Shown here piece by piece: positions 38,366 to 50,959 of a DNA stretch of 64,000 bases (the stretch's first letter is position 1; every line of letters starts with the position of its first letter). Location: assembly GCA_028534125.1 (NCBI GenBank), contig CM052818.1, forward strand, positions 37,078,001 to 37,142,000. The letters run 5' to 3'. Both the position numbers and the translations under genes were made by a program. The notes under the pieces are model-generated. The model was not told the origin of the DNA. It saw nothing but the letters and a program-made list of their open reading frames with translations, and searched no databases. The DNA comes from Lama glama (Eukaryota).

Positions 38366-40305
38366 GGAGTCATGCAGACCCAGGGTCACTGCAGGTCAGA
38401 TTGGAGCTGTCATTGGCTGAGGTAGGGGTGTCGCCTGTCAGAGTTTCTGTGATGCTCGTCACCGGCCAGTCCTGCCCCTGCCCTAAGCTCCACCCTCTTC
38501 AGTCCCCACAGTGAGACTCTCAGCCCCTGGCAAGGCGGAGAAGTTATATTTTTCAACTCTCCCCTGTATGTCTAGCAGATACGGGCAGGAGGCAGTACCC
38601 AACACGGAATCTTTGTGGCAGGGAGAACTTGGCCAAGTCCCTTTCCCACCACAGGTTTTAGTTTCCAGGCATGCAGAGTGTTAAAATGGGTGTGATGGAC
38701 CGAAGGCTGGCTTCGGCTCTGCAGTTCCACAGTGTAGGATGCTTCTATGCTGCGACGAGTCTCAACCCGCTCCCGTTGCAATAACTCAGGGAGATTAAGC
38801 ACCTTTTAAATGTTCCCTTCTAAGAAGATGAGGAAACAGATTTAAAGGGATTAAACTGTTCTGTTGAAAGGTGGGCAGAGGATCAGTGGAGAAGCTAGCA
38901 TTTAGACCTTGGGCTGTCTTTTCAGAAATCCCCTAGTTTCCTTTTGGCAAAACGGCATCAGGCTGCCCCAAACACCCCTGCATTCAGAAGACAAACAAAC
39001 AAACAAAGGGACGGGGGGCATCCAAAGGGCACACCTTCAAAGCCAGAGATGGTATCTTATCCATCTCTCCTCCATGTGTCACCTCTCCTAACCTGGCTGG
39101 CTCGAGTGTTTTCTCTGTCCCCTTTGTCTGTGACAGGGTAGGGAAGGGAGGGGAGGGTGGGGAATCTGCCCATCTGCCCTGTTGGGAGAACCATACTTCC
39201 CAACGTGCATGTTTCCTCCGACGAGCAGAAATCGGCACGTCCTCTGCTGGTTTCTGATGACGCGGAAGTCTCTTCTCACCATTAACAGCCTCATGGAATT
39301 GGGTTTTGCAGAAGCAGTTGCTCAAGCAGACTGGGTTCAGTTACTCCCTAATGCACTTGGAGTCTCAGAATGACTGAGAACAAGTATTTGCAGCCATGCT
39401 CGCTGGGTCCCTGATAGATCGGCTTGTCTGTCCTTACTGTTGTAGAGGGGAGATGAGTTCTGAGGTGTCAAGAGGAAATGGCCCTGTACCCAGTTTCCCA
39501 TCCCGAACAGGGTCCCTGGTGCCTGGAATGCCGTATTGCTGAGCAGATGGCAGTGTCATGGGTGTGCTTCTGGTGAAAAGACCGAGATGAAACTGCGTAC
39601 CCTCCTCGTGTTGACAGCTTTGGAGAATCTCTGCCAGCTCTTCCAGGGGAGGCGCTGGGATGGGAGGGCGCAGGAGGAACGACCCAGGCCAGCACTTCGT
39701 GTGTGCAGCCCTTAGACATCTTTCTGTGGAGGCTGTCGATGAATTGGTTATCTGTGATCCCATTTTTCGCACCTGGCATGTATCTGATAATTCACATGGG
39801 TTTTGATTATCGAATTATGGAAGTTTTCAACTCTTTCCTCTTTCTAGAGTCTCATCGACTCCATTCTTCCTAGTGGGAAAGTGGGGAAATACATCAACCA
39901 AAATATTCTTTGACCAATCACTGTGCGCACTCAACATTCAGACCCCGATGCCAATCAAGTCTCCCGCGAGTAGCCCAGGTGACACAATTTGAGGGTCATC
40001 GTAAGGCTAGATTTATTGCTCTCCCCTCCTCCGCCCTGTCTCACCCCCAACACTTCTAAAGTATAGGAGAGAGACCCTCATAACAGAATTATGCCAATGA
40101 ACTTATTTAGTAAGTGGTTAATATGTGCAGTTGGCAGACTTACTTTCCTCATCACACTGCCAAAATTTGCTGTCTTTTGCGCCTTTTATCCTGCTTGCCA
40201 TGGCAGAATGTGTGGTGAATGTTCTTGTGCCCCACACTGCTACATGCTTGCTGCTTGCAGATGGCTTTTCAACTCTGTTTCCATGTCTCTCCCATCCACA
40301 CAGCA

Positions 40306-40861
40306 TGTGGCGGACAGACTCTGAGGTTACTGGCCCTACACGGTCCCTAACTCCTGCTCATGTCCTGTATGGTACCTTCCTCTTGACTGTGGGTGAAACC
40401 TGACCAACTGAATATGGCAAAAGGGGTGGTGCCACTTCTGTGATGACATTGCATTATATGAGACTTTGTTCAAATTTGTTCACTGTTTTGATGAAGTAAG
40501 TGGCCATGCTGGGAAAGTCCATGTGGGCCTCTCTGAATAGCAGGTGACCTCTCGGTGCTGAGGGCAGCCTCCAACCATTAGCCAGCAAAAAGCTGGGGCC
40601 CTTGGTCCTATGGCCACAAGGAAATAAATTCTTCCAATTTCCTGAGTGAGCTCGGAATCAGGTTCTTCCCCAGTCAAGCTTCCAGGTGAGAAAACAGCCT
40701 GGCTAAAGCCTCATTTGTAGCCTTCTGAGTCCCTGAGCAGAGGACCCGGCTAAGTCACATCCAGACTCCTGGCCCACAGAAACTGTAAGATAATAAACGT
40801 GTATTGTTTAAAGTCGCTGAGTTTGTGATAATTTGTTATGCAGCTGTTGAAAACAGACACA
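40306..40861 (+). mobile_element. MaLR solo LTR (MLT1E/F-like) with 5-bp TSD
   Basis: TG…CA ends. 'cagccagcaaaaagctggggccct'-type motif and 'ctcctggcccacagaaactgtaagataataaacgtgtattgtttaa'. Flanks cagca (40301-40305) and caaca (40862-40866). Confidence 0.85.
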
Positions 40862-42580
40862 CAACAGTCAGGAGTTCTTGGCTGCCTGCATTGTCAGAGA
40901 GGTTCAGCGCTGTTACTCTAAAATCTCCTGTATGTCATCTGAAACATGTCCTCTGTACGCTCTTGAAAATGAAAAGCCGTGTGACTTATTGGAGAGAAGT
41001 AACAAACACCACTGGACTTAGGTTCATTATGGTTAACATCTGGGTCTACAGGCCAATATCCTTCCTGAATTCCAGATCTTAATGCCTACTAATGTGTCTT
41101 CATTTGGTAGTTCCACCTTGGAATAAAAATGTCCCAAGTGCAACTCGTTGTCCTCCACATTTGCCACTTCTCCATGCTTTTTCTTTTTTTTTTTTTTTGC
41201 CTTAAGAAATGGCACACCTCCCCTGTGAGCCTAGATCCTCCTGTCCTCCCCGCTTTCCGCAGCCAGTAGTTCCCTAGGACGGCCCTCAGATCAGATTCCT
41301 GAGTCCACATCTGGAGTAGAGAGACACTGCAAGGCCCTGTAATTCCTGGGCCTTTGTAAATGTCCCCTGGGCTTCTGGGGGCTATTGTCCTTGTCTCCAG
41401 GGCCGAAGGGAGTCTTTCATTTGGGAGGTAAGGAAGTCCCAAGCTCCAGGCCTGGAAAATAGACAAGAAAAATCACACAGGTCTTGGGTCTTGGAGGCTC
41501 TCAGGATTTCTCTCAGATTTGCTCCAAACAGTGGAGGGACAAGGTGGACTTCTGCCAAGGATACCTGACTCCCTGCCTCGCCTTCCCAGTCTATTAAACT
41601 TAACTTATTAAAGATTCAGAGAAACTGTATACGAATTTCCTCCTGCATTAAATGACATCAAAATTAACATCCTAACAAAGTTACCAAAAGGTTTGTTTAC
41701 ATCCTTACTAAGCCTCGGTGTAGATGCAACTACCCTTGACAGCTCACAGGTTAAGTCTTTGCCATGTTTGTCAAAATTAAGAGTCCTAAGAGCTGCATTT
41801 TCCAACACCTCTAATGAAAAGGAGGTGTCTGTTCAGATGAAAAGGTAGAGCGCCAGAAACAAACTGTGCTTGTCCTTGAAAAAGCAATACTAGATGACTG
41901 AGAAATGTCATCTGAGAGAAGGAGAAGGGCCAGCCTGACGTAAGAAAGCTAAAGGAGTAAGAGAAGAAACAAGCCACGGAGTCAGTGTGTAATTCTAACT
42001 GATGTATGTGTGTCATGCTTTACAGTGCGGTGCTTGGATGACGATGCAAAGAAATGTCAGGAGAGGATACATGAGATGGAGCCAGAAGCAAGGTCTTTGC
42101 TCAGCTTGTGTGCTGTGCGTCCTACCATACTTGATGGACATGGGTATTTGATCCTCTGCGTCCACTGCAGACTGTCAGTCTGGTGAGTACAGCGACTTGC
42201 TCAGTCTGTGGTGAAAGAGACATCCACAAAGACCAGTGTTCTGAGAGAACATCTCTGGTTCTTCCCTAAACTGTGGTCGAAGGTGAAACAAAAGCCATTT
42301 TAAACTATTTACTTATAAAAAGTCTTATATTTTATGTACAATTTATTCTTGAGTACATTATGTATTTTGTGGACATTTGAAATTTATTTTTCCATTGTAT
42401 TCTCTGTCTAATGCTGGCATAGAAAACAGTCATTAACTTCTAAATAATTATTTTTAAAAATATCGAATAGTTTCTCATCTAAACAGTCATCTAATCCTCA
42501 ACCAGTAATAATTGCACTTTCTTATTTCTTGTGGCTGAAGATTTTTTTTCTTTCCTTTTGCCTTATTCTACTGTCTAGAA

Positions 42581-43118
42581 GAACACTGTCCAATAGAAAG
42601 ATAATGCCATTCATATATGTAATTCAAAATATTCTAGTAGCTATGGTAATAGAAAGTTAAAAGAGACATGAAAGTAATTCAATAATATATTTTTTATTTA
42701 ACCCAGTATACCCAAAATATAATTTCAACTTAAATTGATATAAAAATGAAGAATTAGAAATTTTACTCTTTTTTTTAAATTGAAGTATAGTCAGTTACAA
42801 TGTGTCAATTTCTGGTGTACAGCATAATGTTTCAGTCATACCTACACATACATACAGTCATTTTCATATTCTTTTTCATTAAAGGTTATTACAAGATATT
42901 GAGTATAGTTGCCTATGCTATACAGAAGAAATTTATTTTTTATCTACTTTCATGTATAGTGATTATCATTTGCAAATTTTACTTTCTTTTGAAAAAGTAT
43001 TGAGTGTTAAAAATCTAGTGTGTATTTTATGCTGACAGCACATCTCAGATCAGATGAGCCTCATTTCAGGTGCTCAGCAGCCGCACGTGGATAGGGGCTG
43101 TCATTTTGGGCTGCACAG
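42581..43118 (+). mobile_element. MER33-like hAT-Charlie MITE with perfect 8-bp TSD
   Basis: Starts 'gaacactgtccaatagaa' and ends 'ttgggctgcacag'. Flanked by gtctagaa at 42573-42580 and 43119-43126. Confidence 0.85.
42768..42973 (-). mobile_element. Short young L1 3'-end insertion (camelid-like) with 10-bp TSD
   Basis: Poly-T, then 'aaattgaagtatagtcagttacaatgtgtcaatttctggtgtacagcataatgtttcagtcata'. TSD aaattttact at 42758-42767 and 42974-42983. Confidence 0.85.
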
Positions 43119-43411
43119 GTCTAGAACTTCTAGAATGCTGTAAACAATGACCATGATTGCAAGGAGCCTTGTCTTATGATTTTCTGTAAGTGGGAACACC
43201 ATTTATTTTCCACTAGCCATTATTGGCGTTTGGCTTGGGACAGTTTAAATTTTTTTTTCTTATATCAAGATGCACTCTTCCATTCCTAGTTTACTGAAAT
43301 ATTTTTGTTATGGTGGTTAGTGTTATAAATTTGAAATGCTATTGAAGTCACCTCCCCATCTTTTAAGATGTGTCCATTTTTTCTCCTTTGACTTCGTGAT
43401 ACGATGTTTTA

Positions 43412-43911
43412 NNNNNNNNNNNNNNNNNNNNNNNNNNNNNNNNNNNNNNNNNNNNNNNNNNNNNNNNNNNNNNNNNNNNNNNNNNNNNNNNNNNNNNNNN
43501 NNNNNNNNNNNNNNNNNNNNNNNNNNNNNNNNNNNNNNNNNNNNNNNNNNNNNNNNNNNNNNNNNNNNNNNNNNNNNNNNNNNNNNNNNNNNNNNNNNNN
43601 NNNNNNNNNNNNNNNNNNNNNNNNNNNNNNNNNNNNNNNNNNNNNNNNNNNNNNNNNNNNNNNNNNNNNNNNNNNNNNNNNNNNNNNNNNNNNNNNNNNN
43701 NNNNNNNNNNNNNNNNNNNNNNNNNNNNNNNNNNNNNNNNNNNNNNNNNNNNNNNNNNNNNNNNNNNNNNNNNNNNNNNNNNNNNNNNNNNNNNNNNNNN
43801 NNNNNNNNNNNNNNNNNNNNNNNNNNNNNNNNNNNNNNNNNNNNNNNNNNNNNNNNNNNNNNNNNNNNNNNNNNNNNNNNNNNNNNNNNNNNNNNNNNNN
43901 NNNNNNNNNNN
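43412..43911. other. Assembly gap (500 N)
   Basis: Run of N seen directly. Confidence 1.
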
Positions 43912-43997
43912 CATCTCTAAATACAGTTGCCTTCTGAGGTTTTGGGGGGTTAGGACTTCAACATATGAATCTGGGGGGAACATACCCGTTTCTAACA
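43912..43997 (-). mobile_element. MaLR (MLT1A/B) LTR end, cut by the gap
   Basis: 'catctctaaatacagttgccttctgagg…ggttaggacttcaacatatgaatctgggggga'. Confidence 0.75.
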
Positions 43998-44189
43998 GTG
44001 ACCATATTTTTCATTACCAAGTTGAAAAAATATCATTTATAAAACCTTTCGCTTCTATAGTCAAATGAAATCAGACTGCAGTTTTCTTTTCGAGTAAATT
44101 CTCTTTTGCCAAATTTTAGATCAGGGTTAACAAACTTCTTAAAATAGTTGAGAAACTTTTCATCTCTTTTCTATGCTCTATACCAGTTT

Positions 44190-44515
44190 ATACAAGCCCA
44201 CAGGGCCTGTTCTGAAACCCATGGGACCAGATATGTTTCAGAACTCAGAACCTTCAGCTTTTTAGAAAGGTGATAAAAGGATACATACCTTATATCACTC
44301 TGCATCACTCCGAGCAAGGCATAGGAAAGCGCATTACTGTTTCATACTATGACATGAAAACAATAACTGGCATAATAAATTTTATATATATATGTAATTC
44401 AGGTCCAATTTTACTGTTAAGTGAGTTCCCGTTGGGCTTTATCTTTTCGAAATGTTTTAGGAAATAAACTGTGTTTAGAATTTTAGAACTGTAAGTAAGG
44501 AATTGTGGGTTTGGG
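44190..44515. mobile_element. TcMar-Tigger MITE (MER46C-like)
   Basis: 'tctgaaacccatgggaccagatatgtttcagaactcagaa…ttttagaaaggtgata' and right end 'gaattttagaactgtaagtaaggaattgtggg'. Confidence 0.6.
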
Positions 44516-44547
44516 TAGAGCCTGAAAGTTTCACCTGGATGTAGTAT

Positions 44548-44574
<27 letters not shown>
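44548..44574. repeat. (AC)n microsatellite
   Basis: Seen directly. A second (AC)n lies at 44843-44863. Confidence 0.95.
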
Positions 44575-44581
<7 letters not shown>

Positions 44582-47294
44582 CTGTATGTGTGTGTCTTTG
44601 GAAGTCTTTAAGGTTTACCTGTGATTATTGAATTGCTTGGCTTGTTTGTTTAATGAATAAGTTGTGGTGATTTATAGATTTTTATAGATTTATAGATTTT
44701 TCTAGAAACCCTTTTCCTAGTGATTTTCAAATATACTAGTAGGGTTGAAATAGTACTTATTTCCTTTTAAAAAAGTAGACATCATATTTATGGTTAAGTC
44801 ACATTTTTATTCCTAATCTTTTCCCCCTTAATTGTATCAAATACACACACACACACACACACATACTATATATATATTTGTTTCTTCAAAAAGTCAACTT
44901 TTGAAATTATTTATTTGTTTCTGCAGGTGTCTTTCTAAAATAGTATTAATTTGTAATATTATCTCTATTACTTTCTTTTAAAACTTTCCTCATATTGTTG
45001 TGTCCTTTTTCTGACCTCTTGAGGTAGATGCTCAGTTTCTCTGGTCCACTCTTTTTGGAAGCAATAGCGTTGAGTCTCAGTTGTCCTCTGAGTGCTGCTT
45101 CGGACTCATTCCATTAGCTTGGTATGTGGCTGATAAATCGCAGGCTTGATTAACTCTAAGGCCAGTGGCTCCTCCCTTTCCTGACCCCGTCTCTCCCTCG
45201 AAACTTCAGAACTGCCATCTTCAGGACTTGTCACTCTTGATTTCCCTTTTCGTTCCTGTTTGTCCATCCTCTTCCTTCGTAACTCTTTCCATTGGCTTTT
45301 TCTTTTTCCTTTTTTAAACAAATCTCATTTTCTCCTAGTAAAAACCCCAAAGAAGCCAAAGCCTTCCCCAATCTGCCCTCTCCCCTTCTGCAGGTGAGAT
45401 GTAAAGAGAGGTGTGTGGTGATTGATTTAGTTTCTCTTGAAGGTGGGGCACTGTTTGGAATGACAGGGTCTGATGAGAGACAGTGGCCGTGGTGGCTGAA
45501 GCGAAGGCAGCGAAGAGAAGAAGAAGCTGGGATGGAGACAAGAGGGCATGACCATCAAAAGCTGTGGGTGTTTTGTTCTGGTTTGTCTTTTAGGAAAGCA
45601 CGGTTTGTCTTAATTCTGCTGTCTTGTTTTTCTATTTCCTCTTGTTTGTGCCTCCTTTTTTGGGGTGGTGGTGGTGACTTCTCTGTTTTTCTTCTATTTT
45701 CTGATTCCCTTTTTAGCAGTTTCTGTGGAATATAAATCCCTTCACATTCTACTAATGGTTACATTCAATAAATAATATTTTGGCTTATATATATCACTTA
45801 TTATCAGTGCCAGTGTCTCTACTAACTCTGTTGTCTAAGATGAAGAGATATGCTTATTTTTACGTCTCCCCTCCACCCGCCCATTTTCCCTGCTCTTGAC
45901 CCTCTGTTGCTGCTCTGGCCTTGTGCTGATAAACTGTTACTTTTAGTGAATTTCTTATTGTTAAATTGATTGTTAAAATTTTTTTATGTTATGTATATTC
46001 TATCAGAAGGATTATCTATGACATTTGCATTCTGTTTTGCGACCACCTTTATAGCAGTTGTGAAGAATTGCTTTTTAGGGTAAATGGTTTTAGTGCCTGT
46101 TAGCAAGGTAGGAAGGAAAGGGCTGGAGAGACAAGCATTAGGTGACGTTTTGGAGGGACCCAGCTCCAGCCCTGATGACACTTGTCGGGTGCCTAATGGG
46201 GACTTGGGAAAGGAGATTTCTTCTCTCACCTTATTTCCCAACATCGGCCACATTACTTACTCTCTCTGCAAGGAGAGTGGACCTGCCTGTAGGACCAGAG
46301 GCCAAAAATGACACCAATGTCAGACAGCTTTCCTGGGTTTTAGCTGCCACACATCTTCCCTGCAAGGCAGCGCCCTATGGAAGTTCTCTGGCTTTCTTGC
46401 CCCAGGATTCCTTCTTGCTCATTTTTGTTGTGGTTCTACACGATCCATGTGATCCTTCCAGGGTAGCTTTGATCTTAGATATTTGGCTCGAGTGTAGTAT
46501 GTCAACATTCTCCTAGGAGCATCTGGGTATTTTCCCGCACTTTTCTTAGGGTAGATAAATGTTTGAGAAATTTCCTGGAAACAATCTGTGGATGTCCTGG
46601 GAGGTTGGCAGGGCTCTGGGTGGGGATTTCAGAGGCGTGGACCTCTGGTCACACCACAGAAGTGACCGTGAGCACTCTTGCATTGTCTCCACCCCAGTGG
46701 TACCCTTGCCGGTTACAGTCCTCACGGGGAACGTAGCAAATGTCTGCATGTACCAGATAGCAAAGATTCAGATGCTTTCCGGGATGCCATTCGGGCCTCC
46801 AGCTGAGTGTGACTGTGTTAATGAACTCCTCTCAGTCAGGTTTGGAGGCTTCTTGGGAGTGAGGTGGCCCTTTATTCTTCTCCAGGGAAAGGACTTGAGC
46901 CTCAAAACATGAACTTGAGTTCAGATTTGGCTTGCTACATGTTACCGTTTGAGTTGTTTTCAAGAGTTTAAGAAAACCTATAGACTCGGACCCACTGTGA
47001 TTGATTTACTGGTTTAGCGCCTTCTTTTTTTTACTTTTTTAAAAGTGTGTGTGCATGGGTGTGTGCATTTGTGTATATGTGTTTTCTTTTTCATGAACTC
47101 ATCTGGCTTCATCTTCACAAGGCAGGTGATGTGATTCCGATTTGACAGGAGAAGGAACTGAGATTAAGCAAGGGCTCAAAACTAGAGGCTAAGGTTTCTT
47201 CCCGCTCTAGTCTCTTATTATTCTACCATGCAAAACCCCACCCTACAAGCACCCCTCGGCTTATTTACACGTCTATGACCCATCTTTAACTGTA

Positions 47295-47497
47295 GTTGGT
47301 GGCTGCATCTTAGAACAATGCATCCATAGAAAAGCAGCAGCTAGGATCTTGTTTGTTGATATGCATAACCCCAGGCGCCATTCCCCACCTACTGAATCAG
47401 AAAGGGTTTCCGGGAGGGGTTGGGGAGGACCCAGCAATCTGTATTTTAACAAGCCCTCCAGGGGATTCTGGTGCAAGGTACAGAGTGAGAACCATTG
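47295..47497. mobile_element. MER5-like hAT MITE
   Basis: 'cctactgaatcagaa…cccagcaatctgtattttaacaagccctccaggggattctg…gagaaccattg'. Confidence 0.8.
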
Positions 47498-47635
47498 TCT
47501 TAGAGATCATCCAGTCTACTCTTCTCAACCTGCGCACGAGGTGCCAGGACTGCCCCAGGGGGAAAGTGATTTGCTCAAGTTCACATGCAGGGTCCGTGGC
47601 AGACCCGGGTTTTGAACCCAGGTGTCACACGTGAA
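47498..47635 (-). mobile_element. MIR3/MIR SINE
   Basis: 'cttagagatcatccagtcta…aagtgatttgctcaagttcaca…ggcagacccgggttttgaacccagg'. Confidence 0.7.
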
Positions 47636-49169
47636 AACGGCTGACATTACATCTGGAATATAGAAGGGATTCAGGGAGTTACCTGTCCTTCCTCTTGCTT
47701 CTGCTCCTCTCTGGGAGCAGCAGGCAGGAGTCAGCTAGCGATGCACTGCTGTCTATCAGTGCTCTTCTCTCTTCCCCCCTCAGTTCACACAGAACCCGGA
47801 GAAAGGTCCCAAGCACATGCTGTTAAGTCACTGCGTAGACGAGAGCCAGCCGCCTTGCCCATGGCCCCCCTGCGATGAGGAGGCAGTGAGGGGCTGGCCT
47901 GCCCCGCTAAGACCCCTTCCAGTTCTGCCTTCCTGAGCCGCACGGCAGGCTCCGGCACGCATGTTCCCGTGGCCGGCTATCAGCGGCCATCTGGCAATTA
48001 GCAGTCTCTGAGGCAGCTGATCCCACTCTGAGCTGGATTAAAGCTGAAGTTTAAAACATGGAGATAGGCAGGTGATTTATGTTTGAGTCTTTGGGTCCTG
48101 CTGTCCCTAGCAGCCTGGTGATGGAGGACAGGAAAGCTGATTTCCTCCCTTATCTATCTTGGGAGGCTCAGCCGAGCGGGATCAGCTTTCCAGAGGGACA
48201 TCCTGAGCTGAGGGATGTGCTGGCTTGCAGGCAGTGCCAGGTGAGCTCCAGGAGCCCGGCCCCAGCCAAACTGGGGCAGCCCGGCCCCAGCCAGACTGGG
48301 GCACGGCGGGGCTCGCCGGAGGAGACCGGAGAGAGCTGAGGTCTGTTTGTGTCCAGTGCTGCATTGCTAGAAGCAGATGTGATGGGGAACCTGGGGGATA
48401 AAGGCCAGATCACTTGGAACCACAGCTCCCAGATGCCATCAAGGGCCCTGGGGTGGCAGCCGACAAGCCCTCCAGCTCCTCTGGGGTGCCCTCTCATTAG
48501 GCAGCATGGTCAGACACCAAACCCGCGTGTTTGTTCACAGCCTGAGGAGATAATTAACTTGTCTCCACAGAGGGACTTGATTACATTCCTAGCATGATCA
48601 GAATGAGAAGTCTGAACTTGAAACACTGGCGGTGGTGGTGGGACGTATTTGCAATGGTTGGCTGAGGGGCCATTTGTTCAGAAATTGGCCGAGTAATCAG
48701 ACAAATGCCTCTTTTCCTAATTGTTGATAGAAATCAGCGGTTAAGGCAAAGCCAGGGACTCAGTCCCGAGACAACACATTACTTAAGGTGAGCATGCATC
48801 CGAATATGTTAGGATGATCTGAAAACATTTCACATAACTTGAGTTTAAAAACAAGTTGTGCCGGTTGTGAATTTTGTATAGAGCTGGGCACAGGGGAGGC
48901 ATGATTTACTGCCTGCATTTCGTGGCTGGCTTGCTACTACTGTCAGGAATCATCTTTTGCAAGTATTTACTCAGGTGAGATATCTTACTGAGCACCTACT
49001 GTGTGCAGCTCTGTGCTACATGCTGTGGGGCTGAAGCAGACAGATTCTGTATCCTTGGAAAGCTTACTGCTTATCCTAATAGGATAGTAAAATAAAATAT
49101 CCTTGAACCCTGAATTGTGCGGTTTATCCTGTAAGGGTTGTGGATGTTCCGTTGATGGAGTGGACCAGG

Positions 49170-50010
49170 CAGGGATAGCTCAAACTTCTTGAGCGCGCAG
49201 CTTGTACCAAGCGTGGTACTGAGCATCACCCCACTCAATTCTCACACCATTTTGTGAAGGAGCTGCTACTACTATTCCTGTTTTGTGTGCAAGAAAGCTG
49301 TGGCACCGAGAGGTGAAGCACCTCCATCACCATGGTAAGGGGCCGTCCCAGGAGGTGCACCCAGGTTTCTGGATTTGCACAGAGAGATTGGTTTGCAAAG
49401 GCTGGACCTCTATCCCCAGTTTGCCTCTGCCACCCCCACCCAGTATGAGCACCCTTAGCCAGACTGGCTTCTTGCCGTTACTGGAGCTCACCGAGTGGCT
49501 TCCTGCCTTGAGTTTTTGTCCCTGCTTCAAATGTGCTTGTCATCTCTGCATAGCTTTCTGCTTCTCCTTATTCGGGTCTCTGATTAAATATCCATTCCTC
49601 CCAGAGGCCTCCTTTGGCCATCGGATTTCAGACCACCCTCCCCACCTTCATTTCCTGAATCTCTTCATCTGTTCTGTTTTCACAGCATTTATCATTATCT
49701 GAAATTAAGTTATTCGTATATTTGTTCACATGTTCGCGGTCTGATGCTCTTACCAGATAAGGTGATAAGGAATCCTTGGATCTTGCGGTTCTCAAGGCAC
49801 TTTCCTATTGGGTTTCCCGACAGTTCGGTGGGATAGCAGTTTGGGTAGTTTTATTCCCAGTTTTGGATGCTGGGGTGCCAATGTTCAGATTCAGACGCCG
49901 ACGTTCAGAGACTGGAATTGATCTACTCAAGGTCACGCATCTTGTCTGTGGAAGATGTAGACTTACACCATGGATGGCCTTCTGCTGACTGGTTCAGTGC
50001 TCCTTTCCCT
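49170..50010. mobile_element. Cluster: MIR (-) 49170-49400, L2 (+) 49430-49770, MIR (-) 49780-50010
   Basis: 'caattctcacacc…ctattcctgtttt…gagaggtgaagca', 'ccagaggcctcc…cacagcatttatcattatctgaaatt', 'ctcaaggtcacgca'. Confidence 0.6.
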
Positions 50011-50261
50011 GCACCAAGAGGGATCCATTCCACGTGACAGGCAATAACCCATCTCATTATTTTAGGCCCTGGCGTAAAGCATAAAGTCACTGAATGGCAC
50101 TGATGACACTGACCTAAAGCTTCTCATGAGTTCTTTTACCACCCCCCTCCTCCAACATGTCATGTCAAGTGAAACAGAATAAGATAGCCTCAGCTGATAA
50201 GAAATTTAATTTCTGGAGATTGGAGACAGCATTTGATAAGAAAAGAAAGTTTAGACTATTT

Positions 50262-50520
50262 TATTAATTATTTTGTATGCCTACCTCAGTTCACAAAGTT
50301 TCAGTTTGGCTACAAAAATACCTAATAAAGTAAGATGCGTTAAGTAGGAAATTAAAGCCAAAGAAGAGGGCAAAACTAGCTGGAAACATTCAATGGTCCA
50401 GAAATGAGACTCCAGAATGCAAAATTAAAAGACCGTGAACTACACACTGTTTAAGTTCAAAGTTTTCTGGATGGTATTATCAAAAGGAAAAACATGGTTG
50501 GTTACATAATTTGAAATGTC
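50262..50520. repeat. Ancient degenerate interspersed repeat, family uncertain (copy 3 of 3)
   Basis: 'ttattttgtatgcctacctcagttcacaaag…ggctacaaaa' followed by 'aagttttctgg…caaaaggaaaaacatgg'. Confidence 0.35.
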
Positions 50521-50959
50521 TTTAAAATAAAAATAAAAGAATACTCAGGGGAAAACCATACATTCCATTTTCTAAATTGGAGGTTAATTTCTCTTCTAAG
50601 AAAAGTATCTCATACAGTATTTCTCAACTTGTCCAAACCTATGACCTTTTCGATAGCAATAAAAACTTTAACACTTCCATTGAAAATTATTGATGCCCAG
50701 AAAATGGATGCTATGTTCTCCATAGTCCCATCAAATAGGGCAATTTTGTTGATCTTTACTGTCTATAGATTCTAGTAAAAATAGGTACTGCTTTCTTTTC
50801 CAAGTCAAAAAATAAAGCATCTGAACCCCCAGAGATCCCAGTCACCCCTTCTCGGGAGCATGGCATCCCTTCTCATCTGGAACCATCACAGTGATGGCTG
50901 ATGTAGGCAAGAATCGCCAACAGGCGCTAAAACTGCTGCGTGAAGGCTTGATAAGGACC

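Larger units (their letters stand above)
42340..43411 (-). mobile_element. Old L1M(E)-type fragments hosting a MER33 insertion
   Basis: 'ccttattctactgtctag|aacttctagaatgctgtaaacaa…ccttgtctt', 'cattcctagtttactgaaatattttt', 'aaatgctattga' follow the L1 ORF2 antisense pattern. Confidence 0.55.

Noticed and set aside
43336..43983. Longest ORFs in the track (177-206 aa)
   Set aside because: Artefacts of the N run.
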